A program made the position numbers and the translations under genes. 64,000 nucleotides of DNA from Nitrospirota bacterium (lineage in GTDB: Bacteria > Nitrospirota > JACRHJ01), in NCBI GenBank assembly GCA_963845245.1, contig CAWJRJ010000016.1:128001-192000 (forward strand). Direction: 5' to 3'. Position 1 is the first letter of the stretch. Each line of letters begins with the position of its first letter. Positions 28,684-39,143 of the stretch are shown in pieces. The notes beneath the pieces were generated by a model. That model made no database searches, was not told the DNA's origin, and worked only from the letters and a program-made list of their open reading frames with translations.

Positions 28684-29589
28684 TGAACACGAGCCTTACG
28701 GATATTCTCACGTGGTTACAGGGGAGCGGACTTGCCGGGTTTTATATAGCCGCGTTTATCCTGGGCGCGTTCCACGCCCTTGAGCCCGGGCACGGGAAGA
28801 CGGTCGTTGCCGCATATCTTGTCGGCTCCAAGGGCAGGACGTACGAGGCGGTGCTTCTCGGCATCATAGTTACGATCACCCACACGTTCAGCATAATCGT
28901 GCTTGCAATAATCGCGAAGTTCGCGGCAGCCAGCTATACCGACCAGCAGCTACACACCTATCTCGGGTTTATTGCCGCCGTCCTTATCCTTGGCGTCGGG
29001 TTATCCATGATATATGCCAGGTGGCGTGCCATACACAGGCTTCATCACCATGAGCATGAAAATGGACACAGCCATTGCGGGCATGACCACGGCCATCACG
29101 ACGACCACGAAGGGCACTCGCATGACCATGACCACGACCATGACCATCACGAACACGAAGAGGTACACCCTCCGGTGATGGAACACGAGTGGGAGCACAA
29201 GCATTTCCACGAGGCGCACTCACACGGCGGACATAGCCATACCCATTACGCGCCCAAGCCGGGAGAGAAGCTTAGCCTGTGGAAGCTGGCATGTTCTGGG
29301 GATTTCGGGCGGGCTTGTGCCGTGTCCTGCGGCGTTTGCGCTGCTGCTGGCTGCCGTATCGGCAGGCGCTCTTGCAAAAGGGGTCGGCCTCGTCCTTGTC
29401 TTCTCGCTCGGCCTTGCGACTGCCCTTGTCGCGATAGGCATAGGCGTGCTGAAGGCCGCAAGCTTCTCTGGCCGTTTCATGGACACCGAGAGGATCGCGC
29501 CCTACATCGCGATGGCTAGCGCGGTCCTTGTAACGCTCATAGGTGTAGCTACGCTATATAACTCTATAAAAGACTTTTCGTTGTTATGA
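28683..29589 (+). CDS. RcnA-like Ni/Co transporter (NiCoT-related) with His-rich loop, frameshifted
   Basis: GAFHALEPGHGK, THT, long His/Asp tract, PCPAA after a frameshift at about 29290. Confidence 0.85.
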
Positions 29590-30693
29590 AGACCGTAATC
29601 GCTATAATAATGGTGATGCTTCTGCCTTCGGCTGTCCTTGCTGCCGATGACGGTGTACTGCGGCTGCACGACCACACCTTCAACAAAGACCAGACGTGGA
29701 GCGGCACCGTTCTCATAGACGGCGTGGTGCAGTTCGCGCCGGAGGCAAACCTCACTATTATGCCGGGCACGACGGTCGAGTTCACCAGGACGGACACGGA
29801 CAAGGACGGCATCGGCGAGAACGAGCTTTACGTGCAGGGCAGCATCACGGCCAACGGCACAAAAGACAAGCCGATAGTCTTCACATCCGCCGAGGAGCAC
29901 AAGAGGCCGGGCGACTGGGGCGCGGTGAACATCATGGTGAGCGAGGGCCGCAAGAACGAGCTGTCGAACTGCATCATAGAGTACGGATACCGCGGCTTCC
30001 ATATGCATTTCTCCAAGGCGACGCATAAAAGACAGCCAGTTGCGCAACAACTACCTGGGCATCCAGTGCCAGGATTCCCAGCTTGATGTTATAGGGTGCA
30101 CCATCTCGGGTAACAAGGGCGCACTGGTCTTCAAGGACTCGAAGCTCCTGATCAAGGACTGCATTCTGACCAATAATTACTGGGGCGTGCGTTTCCTCTA
30201 CGGCGAGGCCGAGCTGACCGGGAATACCGTCATAGGCAACATGATAAACGGCATCACGTTCAGGGAGACGAAGGTGCGCGCATCAGGCAACAGGCTGAGG
30301 GGCAACCGCAAGGGCTTCTCGGCCGAGCTTGCCCAGGTGGAGCTTAAGGACAATATCATGGAGAACAACGTCGAGAGCGGCGTCTACCTCAAACACTCAA
30401 CCGGCACGGTTTCTGGTAATGTTATCAAGGGAAACGGCAACTCCGGCATATCCATCGAGGATTCCGACGTGAAGATAACGGATAACGAGATAACCGACAA
30501 TTCTCTTTACGCAATAGACAACAACGGCTCTATGGACGTGGACGCGCGCGGTAACTGGTGGGGTACTACCGATGCCGCCGGCATAAAGGCCATGCTGTTC
30601 GACAAGTCCAGGGACCCGGCTATCGGCGCCGTCGAGTTTTCACCCGCGGCACAAAAACAACTGAAAAGCAAGAGCTTGCTATGGTTAAATTAA
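29586..30693 (+). CDS. Secreted beta-helix (NosD-like) protein, frameshifted
   Basis: DQTWSG, GDWG; joins at about 30030 to 30040-30693 ending GNWWGT. Confidence 0.8.
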
Positions 30694-31073
30694 TATTAGC
30701 TGCGGTACTTGTCCTGTTGCCGTCTCTTGCCTTCGCGCATTACGAGGGAGAGCTCCTGCCCGACTCCGTCGCGGTGATGGAATACTCGATGGTTATTAGC
30801 ATGGCCCCGAAGGACGTCCTGACCCGCAACAAACTGGGTATGGTGTACCTCAGGCAGAACAAGGTCGCGAAGGCCAGGGAGCAGTTCAAGGAAATACTGA
30901 AGTTGGACCCGGTCAATTTCGACGCGCTTGACAGCATGGGCCTTGCCTGCGATAAAGAGGGCAAGTTCAAGGAGGCGGCCGACTGGTACGGGAAGGCGTT
31001 GAAGGTGAAGGCGACGGATGCCGGCGTGAAAAAGAGATATGAGACTGCATCGAACAAGGCAAAGGGCATGTAG
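30681..31073 (+). CDS. Secreted TPR protein
   Basis: Signal peptide ending AFA then HYEG; LGMVY..A...F..LKLDP TPR repeats. Confidence 0.8.
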   Translation: MVKLILAAVLVLLPSLAFAHYEGELLPDSVAVMEYSMVISMAPKDVLTRNKLGMVYLRQNKVAKAREQFKEILKLDPVNFDALDSMGLACDKEGKFKEAADWYGKALKVKATDAGVKKRYETASNKAKGM

Positions 31074-31082
31074 CATAATACC

Positions 31083-32108
31083 ATGAGGAGGCTGAACTTG
31101 AGCATATTGACGCGCGTGTTGTTGTTATTGTCATCAGTGTACGCTTTTGTGCTGCTGTCCGGATGTGCGCCCGAAAGGCCCATAGTGAAGGCCTATAATG
31201 CCGAGGAGCTTACAGAGAAGAGCTACGGTCTGCTTACAATCGACAAGGACACGGTGTGGGACGGCAGGATAAGGATAACGGGCGACATACTGGTGAAGGA
31301 GGGTGCGACTCTCACCGTAATGCCGGGCACGGTAATCCGCTTTGACACCATCGAGCCGAAGCTCGACACTGACGGCGGCCGCAACATGCTTGGGCTTGAT
31401 TCCCCGTACTTCCCCGGCGCGGAGATCATCGTAAGGGGCCGTATCGTTGCGGTCGGCACGCCGGACTCCCCCATAACGTTCACGTCCTCCGACAAGGCCG
31501 CAAAGCCGGGCATCTGGGGCGCGATCAACCTGCTAGGCAGCAACGGCAACGTCGTCGAGTTCTGCAGGATATATTACGCATACAACGGCGTCCACAACCA
31601 CGCCTCCACTGCGGTGGTTCTGAACAGCGTTTTCTCGCATAACGGGACCGCGCTCTCGTTCAAGAAGGCGGACTTCAACCACCCATGCTGGATGTTCATA
31701 GAGCACAACACGATAGTCGGCAACAAGTCCGGCATATCCGCCAGGAACTCCATAGCGAACATCGCGTTCAACGACATCTCGGATAACGAGTTCTACGGCA
31801 TCTGGCTCAGGGAGGGCGTAGACGCGCGGATCGCCTACAACGACATGACCAAGAACGGCAAGGGCATCTACCTCTACAAGGCACAGGCGGTCAAGATAAG
31901 CTACAACAACATATACGATAACATTGAGTACAATATGGCCATGGCGGAGGACAACCCGGCGGATATAGACGCCACCGACAACTGGTGGGGTACCCTGAAC
32001 ACGGCTGAGATATCGGCGAAGCTCTTCGACAAGTCCTCCGACCAGTCTCTTGGACGGATCACGTTTGAACCGATGAGCAAGACAAGGATCACCGGGACGA
32101 TAAAATGA
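31083..32108 (+). CDS. Beta-helix (NosD-like) lipoprotein
   Basis: Lipobox LSGC; DTVWDG, TLTVMPGT, NWWGT. Confidence 0.85.
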   Translation: MRRLNLSILTRVLLLLSSVYAFVLLSGCAPERPIVKAYNAEELTEKSYGLLTIDKDTVWDGRIRITGDILVKEGATLTVMPGTVIRFDTIEPKLDTDGGRNMLGLDSPYFPGAEIIVRGRIVAVGTPDSPITFTSSDKAAKPGIWGAINLLGSNGNVVEFCRIYYAYNGVHNHASTAVVLNSVFSHNGTALSFKKADFNHPCWMFIEHNTIVGNKSGISARNSIANIAFNDISDNEFYGIWLREGVDARIAYNDMTKNGKGIYLYKAQAVKISYNNIYDNIEYNMAMAEDNPADIDATDNWWGTLNTAEISAKLFDKSSDQSLGRITFEPMSKTRITGTIK

Positions 32109-32921
32109 AGTTTATCACCACAATAGCGCTTGCCGTACTTTCCATTGCCTTTGCGTCGCCATCGATGGCGCAGAGTCTGGCAAAGAGCGCGCGCTGGTCC
32201 GGTACCGTAAAGGTGGAGGGCCAGCTTGTGGTTGAGAAAGGCGCGACACTCACCATCGAGCCGGGCACGAAGGTCGTGTTCCTGCCGGGCAAGCTGGACG
32301 AGGAAGGGCTTGCGGATAGCGGGCTGCTGGTGAAGGGCACGATAGTAGCAAAAGGGATGCCCGGTAAGAGGATACTTTTCACCTCCGGGGCAAAGAATCC
32401 CGCGCCCGGCGACTGGGGCGAGGTGAAGCTGCTCAATAGCACCGGCAGCGCATTCTCCAATTGTGACTTCCGGTTCGGCGGCTGGGGGCTCCACCTGCAC
32501 GACAGCGACATAAAGGTTGATGGCTGCACCTTCTCTGACAACAGCTACGGCGGGGTGCGTGGTGATGGGTGGCAACGTCGAGATAACCGGCTGCACCCTA
32601 AGCGGTATGGAAGTAGGAATACGCTACTGGAAGTCGAGCCCGTCCATACACCACAACACGATCATGAGGAACAAGACCGGCATATTCCTGCGGCAGGATG
32701 CAGAGGGCGCGACGATAAGCTTCAACAACATTTACGCCAACACGGAATATGACATCAAGCTGGGCGACGGCCAGACCAAAGACGTCGACGCAAGCAGGAA
32801 CTGGTGGGGGACGAAAGAGGTGTCCTACATCAGGCGCAAGATATACGACAAGGAACGCGAAGACTATATTGGAAAAGTGATTATCGAACCCGTGCTGCCT
32901 CAGAAGGTGGCGCTGCCTTAA
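32105..32921 (+). CDS. Secreted beta-helix protein, frameshifted
   Basis: SARWSG, TLTIEPGT, GDWG; joins at about 32560; RNWWGT. Confidence 0.8.
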
Positions 32922-32932
32922 AAGAGGAGTTT

Positions 32933-33244
32933 ATGCGGAACATCAGGAGGAACCCGGACGTCGTATGGCGCGAGGAGGAAGAAGCACGGCAGGAGATAAT
33001 AAACGCGATGGAGCGCGGCGAGGACGCCTCGTCCGAAGGTACGGTGCTCCTCATCGTCTCGGGCATGATGCACCAGCTCAACATCCTCGGCGGCGAGATA
33101 TGGAAGCTTGCGGACGGCCGGGACGAGGATGCAATTATAGACGAACTCATGCAGGTGTTCGATGTAGACAGGGAGACGCTTTCAACAGACGTCCATGCGT
33201 TTCTTGAGGATATAAGCAACAGAGGTTGGATCAGCCATGAGTGA
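32933..33244 (+). CDS. PqqD-family (RRE) protein, GeoRSP-like
   Basis: GAGGAG RBS; RNPDVVWRE, LNILGGEIWKLADG, FDVDRETL..DV..FL. Confidence 0.85.
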   Translation: MRNIRRNPDVVWREEEEARQEIINAMERGEDASSEGTVLLIVSGMMHQLNILGGEIWKLADGRDEDAIIDELMQVFDVDRETLSTDVHAFLEDISNRGWISHE

Positions 33245-34246
33245 CAAACAAAGGATACCTTCCGCGCCCATCACGATAAACTGGACGCTCACGTTTCGGT
33301 GCAACTTCAACTGCATGCACTGCTACTCCCGCGTGGAGAAGGCCGAGGAGCTAGACACCGCGCAGGTGAAAGAGATAATGCGCAAGGTCGCGGTCTACAA
33401 GGTCCCGTTCATAAACTACGGCGGCGGCGAGCCGCTTCTGCGCAAGGACCTCTTCGAGCTTACGGAGTATGCGACCTCGCTCGGCTACAACGTGTCCATG
33501 AACACGAACGCCTTCCTCATGACCAAGGAGAAGGCGAAGAAGGCGCAGCGAGTCCGGCTTCAAGACGGTCGGCATATCCATCGACAGCACAGACCCGGAA
33601 GTCCACGACCGCTTCCGCAACACGCCCGGCAGCCACAAGAAGGCGGTCCAGGCGGCGAAGTGGCTTACGCGACGAGGGCGTGCGGCTCACCATCTCCTCG
33701 GTCATATGCAGGATAAACTTCCACGAGTTCGAGAAGCTAGTCCAGCAGGCCAAGGACCTGGGCGCGGAGCAGATATCGCTGCACAACTACAAATGCACCG
33801 GCAAGGGCATGCAGAACAAGGACGAGCTCGACCTCACGCCTGAGGAGTGGCAGGACTTCTACATGAAGGCGCTCGCGTTCAAGTCCGCGGAGAAGGACAT
33901 CCGCATATCGTTCGACGACCCCATCACCGCGTCCATACACAAGGCCCCGGAGAATACGATCGTCAAGGGCAGCACCTGCGGCAAGCTCTCGCTCAACATC
34001 CGCGCGAACGGCGACGTCACGCCCTGCGGCTTCATACCCGTCGTCATAGGCAACCTCCTGGTGGACGACCTCAAGGACCTCTGGGACGGCTCGAAGGTTC
34101 TGGAGCGGATGCGCAACAAGAAGCCCAAGGAGAAGTGCCTCACCTGCAAGCATTACGAGGACTGCCTGGGCGGCTGCACCGCGCGCGCATATGCCACCAC
34201 CGGCGACTTCGACTCGCCCGACCCGCACTGCTGGGTAGGGAAGTAG
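33237..34246 (+). CDS. Radical SAM/SPASM protein, GeoRSP-like, frameshifted
   Basis: CNFNCMHC, GGGEP; SPASM CGK..NGDVTPC...CLTC..CLGGC..R..DPHC; frameshifts at about 33545 and 33665. Confidence 0.9.
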
Positions 34247-34296
34247 CATGACGGCTGGGTCTTACACGGCTGACCAAAAATAAAGGGTTACTAGCT

Positions 34297-35484
34297 TTGG
34301 ATACTTGGATTAAAGAATATATAAACTATCTTAACAACGCACAGCTTTCTGAAGCGTATGACCTAAAGAGAAACCATCTTCCTGATAAAATATTCAGATA
34401 CCGGCCAGTCAATAAACACGCTTTAGATAATTTAAAAACTGATACCACATGGTTATGCTCCCCGCGTGAATATAACGACCCTTACGATTCCGCATTTACA
34501 TTTGATTTTGAACGAATTAATCGGGCTACAGTCAACTCATTGTTTGCAAATGTTACTGGTTTTTCAGAAGAAGATATTGAAACAATAAAATCAAATCATG
34601 ACCCGTTGGGCGAACTCTTAATATTATTACTTAGAAAAAAACTTCCGCAAACTAACATACCTGACGATTTTCTCGAACAATGGCTAGCGATATTTAAAAA
34701 AGCCGTTAGGCGATATTACGAAAAATTAATTGAATCAATGAATCGTAGTAATCATGAGAAGCTAAGGCTTTGTTCATTTAGCTCATCACGTTCTTCTATA
34801 GTAATGTGGGCGCATTACGCTAGAAACCACGAGGGTTTCTGTATTGAATATGATTTGACAGCTCTTAATCCAGATGATGAACGTAAACGAAAATTATTCC
34901 CTGTTATTTATTCAGATATATTATGCGATCTTTCTCACGCCATTGAATTCATACTTCAAAATATCACTGCGACAGTTATTAATGATATTGCAACTGTGAT
35001 AAATAAAGGCGAGGGACTGACGTTTGACTTTGTTGACACAAAAGAACTTAATGATTATGATAAGATAGAAAAAATAGGTATAGGTTCCCTTCTGATACCG
35101 TTATATAAATCGAAAGAATGGTATTATGAGAGAGAGTGGCGTTTATTAAACATTAGTGACTCATCAAATACCGACCAAAATTATTCAATGCCCACTCCCA
35201 GTGTAATTTATCTAGGCGCCAGGATGAGCGAAGATGATAAGAAATTAATATCAGATATTGCTGCTTCAAAGAATATAGACATTTTTCAAATGAAGCTATC
35301 TAAATTTGAATTTAAACTCCTTGAAGATAAAGCAGGTGCAGGCGAATTGTCGCCTCTTGAACAGATGAACTATGAGGTTGAGCAAGAGCTTATCCCTGCG
35401 TTAAGGGACAAAATGCAAGAAATGCCAAGTGTAAGCCAAGTCGCCTTTTCAGATGGTACAGGTCCTTCCATATCTTCTTCCTAA
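34297..35484 (+). CDS. DUF2971 family protein, AT-rich
   Basis: NDPYD, MWAHYA.NH.GFCIEYD, K..EW.YEREWR. Confidence 0.8.
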   Translation: MDTWIKEYINYLNNAQLSEAYDLKRNHLPDKIFRYRPVNKHALDNLKTDTTWLCSPREYNDPYDSAFTFDFERINRATVNSLFANVTGFSEEDIETIKSNHDPLGELLILLLRKKLPQTNIPDDFLEQWLAIFKKAVRRYYEKLIESMNRSNHEKLRLCSFSSSRSSIVMWAHYARNHEGFCIEYDLTALNPDDERKRKLFPVIYSDILCDLSHAIEFILQNITATVINDIATVINKGEGLTFDFVDTKELNDYDKIEKIGIGSLLIPLYKSKEWYYEREWRLLNISDSSNTDQNYSMPTPSVIYLGARMSEDDKKLISDIAASKNIDIFQMKLSKFEFKLLEDKAGAGELSPLEQMNYEVEQELIPALRDKMQEMPSVSQVAFSDGTGPSISSS

Positions 35485-35586
35485 TAAAGTTGTTATTGTT
35501 TAGTTCTTCGGAAGCCGCCTTCATTTGCAAATTTCCTTCATTAGTATTATGATACCCCTGCGTCTTTATAACAGGAGGATTGGATT

Positions 35587-36477
35587 ATGAATTTCAAAAA
35601 GTTGGTTTTCTTATTAACGGGTGTCATTGCACTCTCAATGCTTACGTGTCCTGCGCGACGGGGCCTGCCGTCCAGCCGCAGCCCCATACCAAGGCGAAGG
35701 TCGCGCTGGTGCTTGGCGCGGGCGCATCCAGGGGTTTCGCGCACATAGGCGTCATAAAGGTGCTTGAGGCCAACGGCGTGCCTGTCAATATGGTTGTCGG
35801 CACGAGCGCCGGGAGCTTCGTGGGCAGCCTTTACGCATCCGGCATGGACGGCTATGCGCTCCAGAGGCTTGCCTTAGGCATTCAGAAGAGCGACATAGCG
35901 GACTTCGGCATCCCCGACAACGGCTTCATAAAAGGCGAACTCCTTGCAGGCATTCGTAAACAAACAGGTGAAGAACCTCCCTATGGAGAAGCTGAAGCTG
36001 CCGTTCTATGCCGTCGCTACGAACATCCAGACCGGCAAGGAGATGGTGTTCGGCAGGGGCAACACGGGCACGGCGGTGCGGGCAAGCTGCTCCATCCCCG
36101 GCGTGTTCAGGCCGGTTGTTTTGGGTGGCCAGATGTTCGTTGACGGCGGCGTGGTCAGCCCGATCGCCATCGACGCGGCAAGGAGGCAGGGCGCGGACAT
36201 CGTGATCGCGGTGGACATTTCCTCAGACCTTGACCGCTCCCAGCCCGACGGCACGGTGGCCACGATACTCCAGAGCGTGAACATCATGTACTCGAAGATC
36301 TCCGAGAACCAGCTCCCGCGTGCGGATGTGGTAATAAGGCCAAAGGTGGGTGCCATCGGCTCGGCCGATTTCGACAAGAGGCACGAGGCTATAATGGAAG
36401 GCGAGAAGGCCGCAAACGAGGCAATGCCCAAGATAAAAGAATTGATGGACAAGCTGAAACAGGCGGGCAGACTCTAA
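35587..36477 (+). CDS. Patatin-like phospholipase, probable lipoprotein, frameshifted
   Basis: [29 protein letters not shown]; frameshifts at about 35645 and 35945. Confidence 0.85.
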
Positions 36478-36521
36478 AAGATAACTGGCAATAAAATCTG
36501 GGAATCATCGAGGAGAGAAAT

Positions 36522-36929
36522 ATGGAAGAAAGTAGTGTCAAGAACTGGCATCAAACCCATAAAGCTTCTTTAACAACCGGGCAACGTATTGCAGACAAAG
36601 TAGCTTCATATATGGGTTCGTGGAGCTTCATTATTTTACAAAGCGTTCTGGTTTTCTTATGGATGGTTTTAAATATCTTTGCCTATGCCTCTCATTGGGA
36701 CCCGTACCCGTTCATACTTTTAAACCTGCTGTTCTCCACACAGGCCGCATATGCCGCGCCGATTATTATGATGGCACAGAACCGTCAAAATGAAAGAGAC
36801 AGGCATCAGGCTGATGCGGATTATGCGATTAATTTAAAGGCGGAAAATGAAGTCAAATCAATCCTTAAGCATCTGGAAGAACAAAATGAGCTTATTTTAA
36901 AGATTCTTAGTAAACTGGAAAGCAGATAA
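36522..36929 (+). CDS. DUF1003 membrane protein
   Basis: GSWSF, WDPYPFILLNL..S.QAAYAAP.I.MAQNRQ. Confidence 0.9.
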   Translation: MEESSVKNWHQTHKASLTTGQRIADKVASYMGSWSFIILQSVLVFLWMVLNIFAYASHWDPYPFILLNLLFSTQAAYAAPIIMMAQNRQNERDRHQADADYAINLKAENEVKSILKHLEEQNELILKILSKLESR

Positions 36930-36968
36930 AACAGTTAATCCGGCAGACGAACTGTCATGGTGACTGGC

Positions 36969-37904
36969 CTATGCCAGAACCCCTTTCACGATAACGTCCA
37001 CCGCCTCCTCAGGCGAAAGCCCGTGGGCCATCAGTGTCTCCAACTGTTTTTTGTCCACGCTGCCTATGGCCGCCTCGTGTGTCACCTTTGCAAGCGGGTT
37101 TGTCACGTTAACAATCGGTATGGCCTTTGCCACCGCATGGCCCGTCACGATCTCCATGCAGTCAACGTGGCCCCTCGCGCCCTCGGCGTTCCCTTCCGTT
37201 ATGCCGGTCACGACTGCGGACGCCTCGCCCTCAAGCGCTATCCTGGTCTTTATCAGGCTTTTGGCCCGCTTTCCGTCAAGGGCCACACTTTCCTTTATCT
37301 TTATGTCATCCTTGCCGTGGCCAAACACCCTTGCCGTCATTTCCGCCATCGCGTCCTCGCCCGCCTCGACGGTGTAATCTATATCAAGCACGCCGACCCT
37401 CCCCGTCGTCAGGCTGAAGTCAGAGAAGTAGCTGCCTCCCTTCTCCACCACAACCGACGCCTTCGGTATGACCACCACGCCCCCGTACTCCCCGTGGTAA
37501 TGGGTCTCTGAATAATGCATCTGTGCGTCCTCGCCCACATTCACCTTGGCGTCCATGGCGTGGCGGACCTTCTCCGCCCCGGGAAACATGCAGTGGGCGA
37601 TGAAATGCGCGGACGAGCCGCGCTCAAGCCGCACGTCCATCACTATCTCCTGAGAACCCGTCTTGTGGAGTATGCCGAAGCACATATGGACAGGTTTGGT
37701 AAGGTGTACCCCTTCCAGTACCCGCACCTTCGCGCTGATGCCCCCGGGAGTCTCTTTTGCGTCCACCTCAAGCCCCTCCACGGACCTTGAGCTGAGTATC
37801 CTGTTGTCGCTCACCACAAGGTGCGCAATCTCCTCGTCGTCAAGGATCGCCCTGTCACCCTCAAGCATAGTGTATGACTCCATCAACTGGTCAAGTTCTG
37901 ACAT
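36969..37904 (-). CDS. SufB/SufD-family Fe-S scaffold (SmsB-like)
   Basis: PVHMCFG, ARGHVDCMEI, AKVTHEAAIGSVD..QL..LM..GL. Confidence 0.9.
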   Translation of the reverse strand: MSELDQLMESYTMLEGDRAILDDEEIAHLVVSDNRILSSRSVEGLEVDAKETPGGISAKVRVLEGVHLTKPVHMCFGILHKTGSQEIVMDVRLERGSSAHFIAHCMFPGAEKVRHAMDAKVNVGEDAQMHYSETHYHGEYGGVVVIPKASVVVEKGGSYFSDFSLTTGRVGVLDIDYTVEAGEDAMAEMTARVFGHGKDDIKIKESVALDGKRAKSLIKTRIALEGEASAVVTGITEGNAEGARGHVDCMEIVTGHAVAKAIPIVNVTNPLAKVTHEAAIGSVDKKQLETLMAHGLSPEEAVDVIVKGVLA

Positions 37905-38613
37905 TCGCACACACCCCGCCCTCACATAACATGCATTTCATGGATTTATAGTATTCCGAGACGGTCCCTGGCAGTCCGGAACAAACCACCCTGCCTCCGC
38001 ACAGCAGGCAAGCCTTGTCCGCAATGCGGGATATCTCCTCCCTGTGGGTGATAAGCAGTACGGCCGCGCCGTTATCCCTCAGTGTGTTGACTACGTTTAT
38101 GATGTCCCCGGTAGAGAGCATGTCGATTCCGGAATCCGGCTCGTCGAGGATTGCGAGCCTCGGTTTCAGGGCAAGGATCGAGGCAAGCTCTATCCTCTTT
38201 CTTTCCCCGCCGCTAAGGGATTTGTCCGCCATCCTGCCCAGGTACCGCTCAGGGGAGAGCCCGACCATCTCAAGGCAATGGGCAGGGTCGCTGTCCTTAC
38301 TGTTAAGTGTGAGATAAGTCTTGACGGGGATACCCTCGAATCTCACAGGCTCCTGCCATGCCATCGTGATTCCTAGCTGAGCCCTTTCATAAATGCCCAG
38401 TGAGGTGATGCTGTTGCCGTCGAATAATATGTCACCTGCTGAAGGCCGGTAGCCCTCGCATCCCATTATCAGGCACGCGATGGTTGTCTTCCCCGTGCCG
38501 TTTGAACCGAGGATCGCCTGCACCTCACGTTCCCCGATATCAAGGTCAAGCTCGTCCAGGATCATCTTGTTGCCAGCCCGGAATGCAACTTTTTTCAGTA
38601 GAAGCAGTGCCAT
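37891..38613 (-). CDS. SufC-like ABC ATPase (SmsC-like)
   Basis: GSNGTGKT, LSGGERKRIE, LDEPDSGID, C-terminal CMLC..C. Confidence 0.9.
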   Translation of the reverse strand: MALLLLKKVAFRAGNKMILDELDLDIGEREVQAILGSNGTGKTTIACLIMGCEGYRPSAGDILFDGNSITSLGIYERAQLGITMAWQEPVRFEGIPVKTYLTLNSKDSDPAHCLEMVGLSPERYLGRMADKSLSGGERKRIELASILALKPRLAILDEPDSGIDMLSTGDIINVVNTLRDNGAAVLLITHREEISRIADKACLLCGGRVVCSGLPGTVSEYYKSMKCMLCEGGVCANVRT

Positions 38614-38713
38614 GAGATAAATAGTCTCCGTTATCCATTCCCAGACGCCATGCAATCAAGTATATCAAATTTCATCCAATAAGCCATGTTTGATGATGCA
38701 ACGCAAATTATAC

Positions 38714-38762
38714 TTGACAACACTATGTGTCTTGGCTAACATATAAGTATCTATTTATATAT
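38714..38762 (+). promoter_or_regulatory. ars operon promoter with putative ArsR operator
   Basis: TTGACA-17-TAACAT, then ATATAA...TTATAT inverted repeat. Confidence 0.55.
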
Positions 38763-38773
38763 AGGAGCCCTCA

Positions 38774-39133
38774 ATGGAAAAACTGTCCGCATATTTCAAG
38801 GCCCTCTCAGACGAGACGCGCCTCCGTATTTTGAAGCTCCTCGAAGACGGGGAACTCTGCGTCTGCGACATCACCGCAGCGCTTCAAATGACCCAGCCCA
38901 ACATATCGTTTCATTTATCGATCCTTAAAGAAGCCGGGCTGATAAAAGACAGAAAAGAAGGCCGGTGGAACCATTACCAGTTGGACTTAACTGATATAAT
39001 GAACCGGGTCGTCCTGCCTACGTCCCTATCCCGCATCGATGGCGCGAAGGTGGCCGAGGACCGGGAGAGGCTTGTAAAGTTCAAGAATGAGAAGTCCTCA
39101 GTAAGGTGCTGCACCGCCAAGGCGGCCGAATAA
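38774..39133 (+). CDS. arsR: ArsR/SmtB arsenic-responsive repressor
   Basis: [26 protein letters not shown]-terminal CC. Confidence 0.9.
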   Translation: MEKLSAYFKALSDETRLRILKLLEDGELCVCDITAALQMTQPNISFHLSILKEAGLIKDRKEGRWNHYQLDLTDIMNRVVLPTSLSRIDGAKVAEDRERLVKFKNEKSSVRCCTAKAAE

Positions 39134-39143
39134 AGGAGAACAA

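Noticed and set aside
29040..29250. CAC/GAC short repeats, possible array
   Set aside because: Coding His/Asp-rich loop typical of RcnA-like transporters
11730..32921. Nitrous oxide reductase (nos) cluster
   Set aside because: NosD-like folds only; no nosZ, nosF, nosY, nosL or nosR recognised
32933..34246. PQQ biosynthesis operon
   Set aside because: No pqqA, pqqB or pqqC; the PQQ-like propeller is a BamB-type repeat
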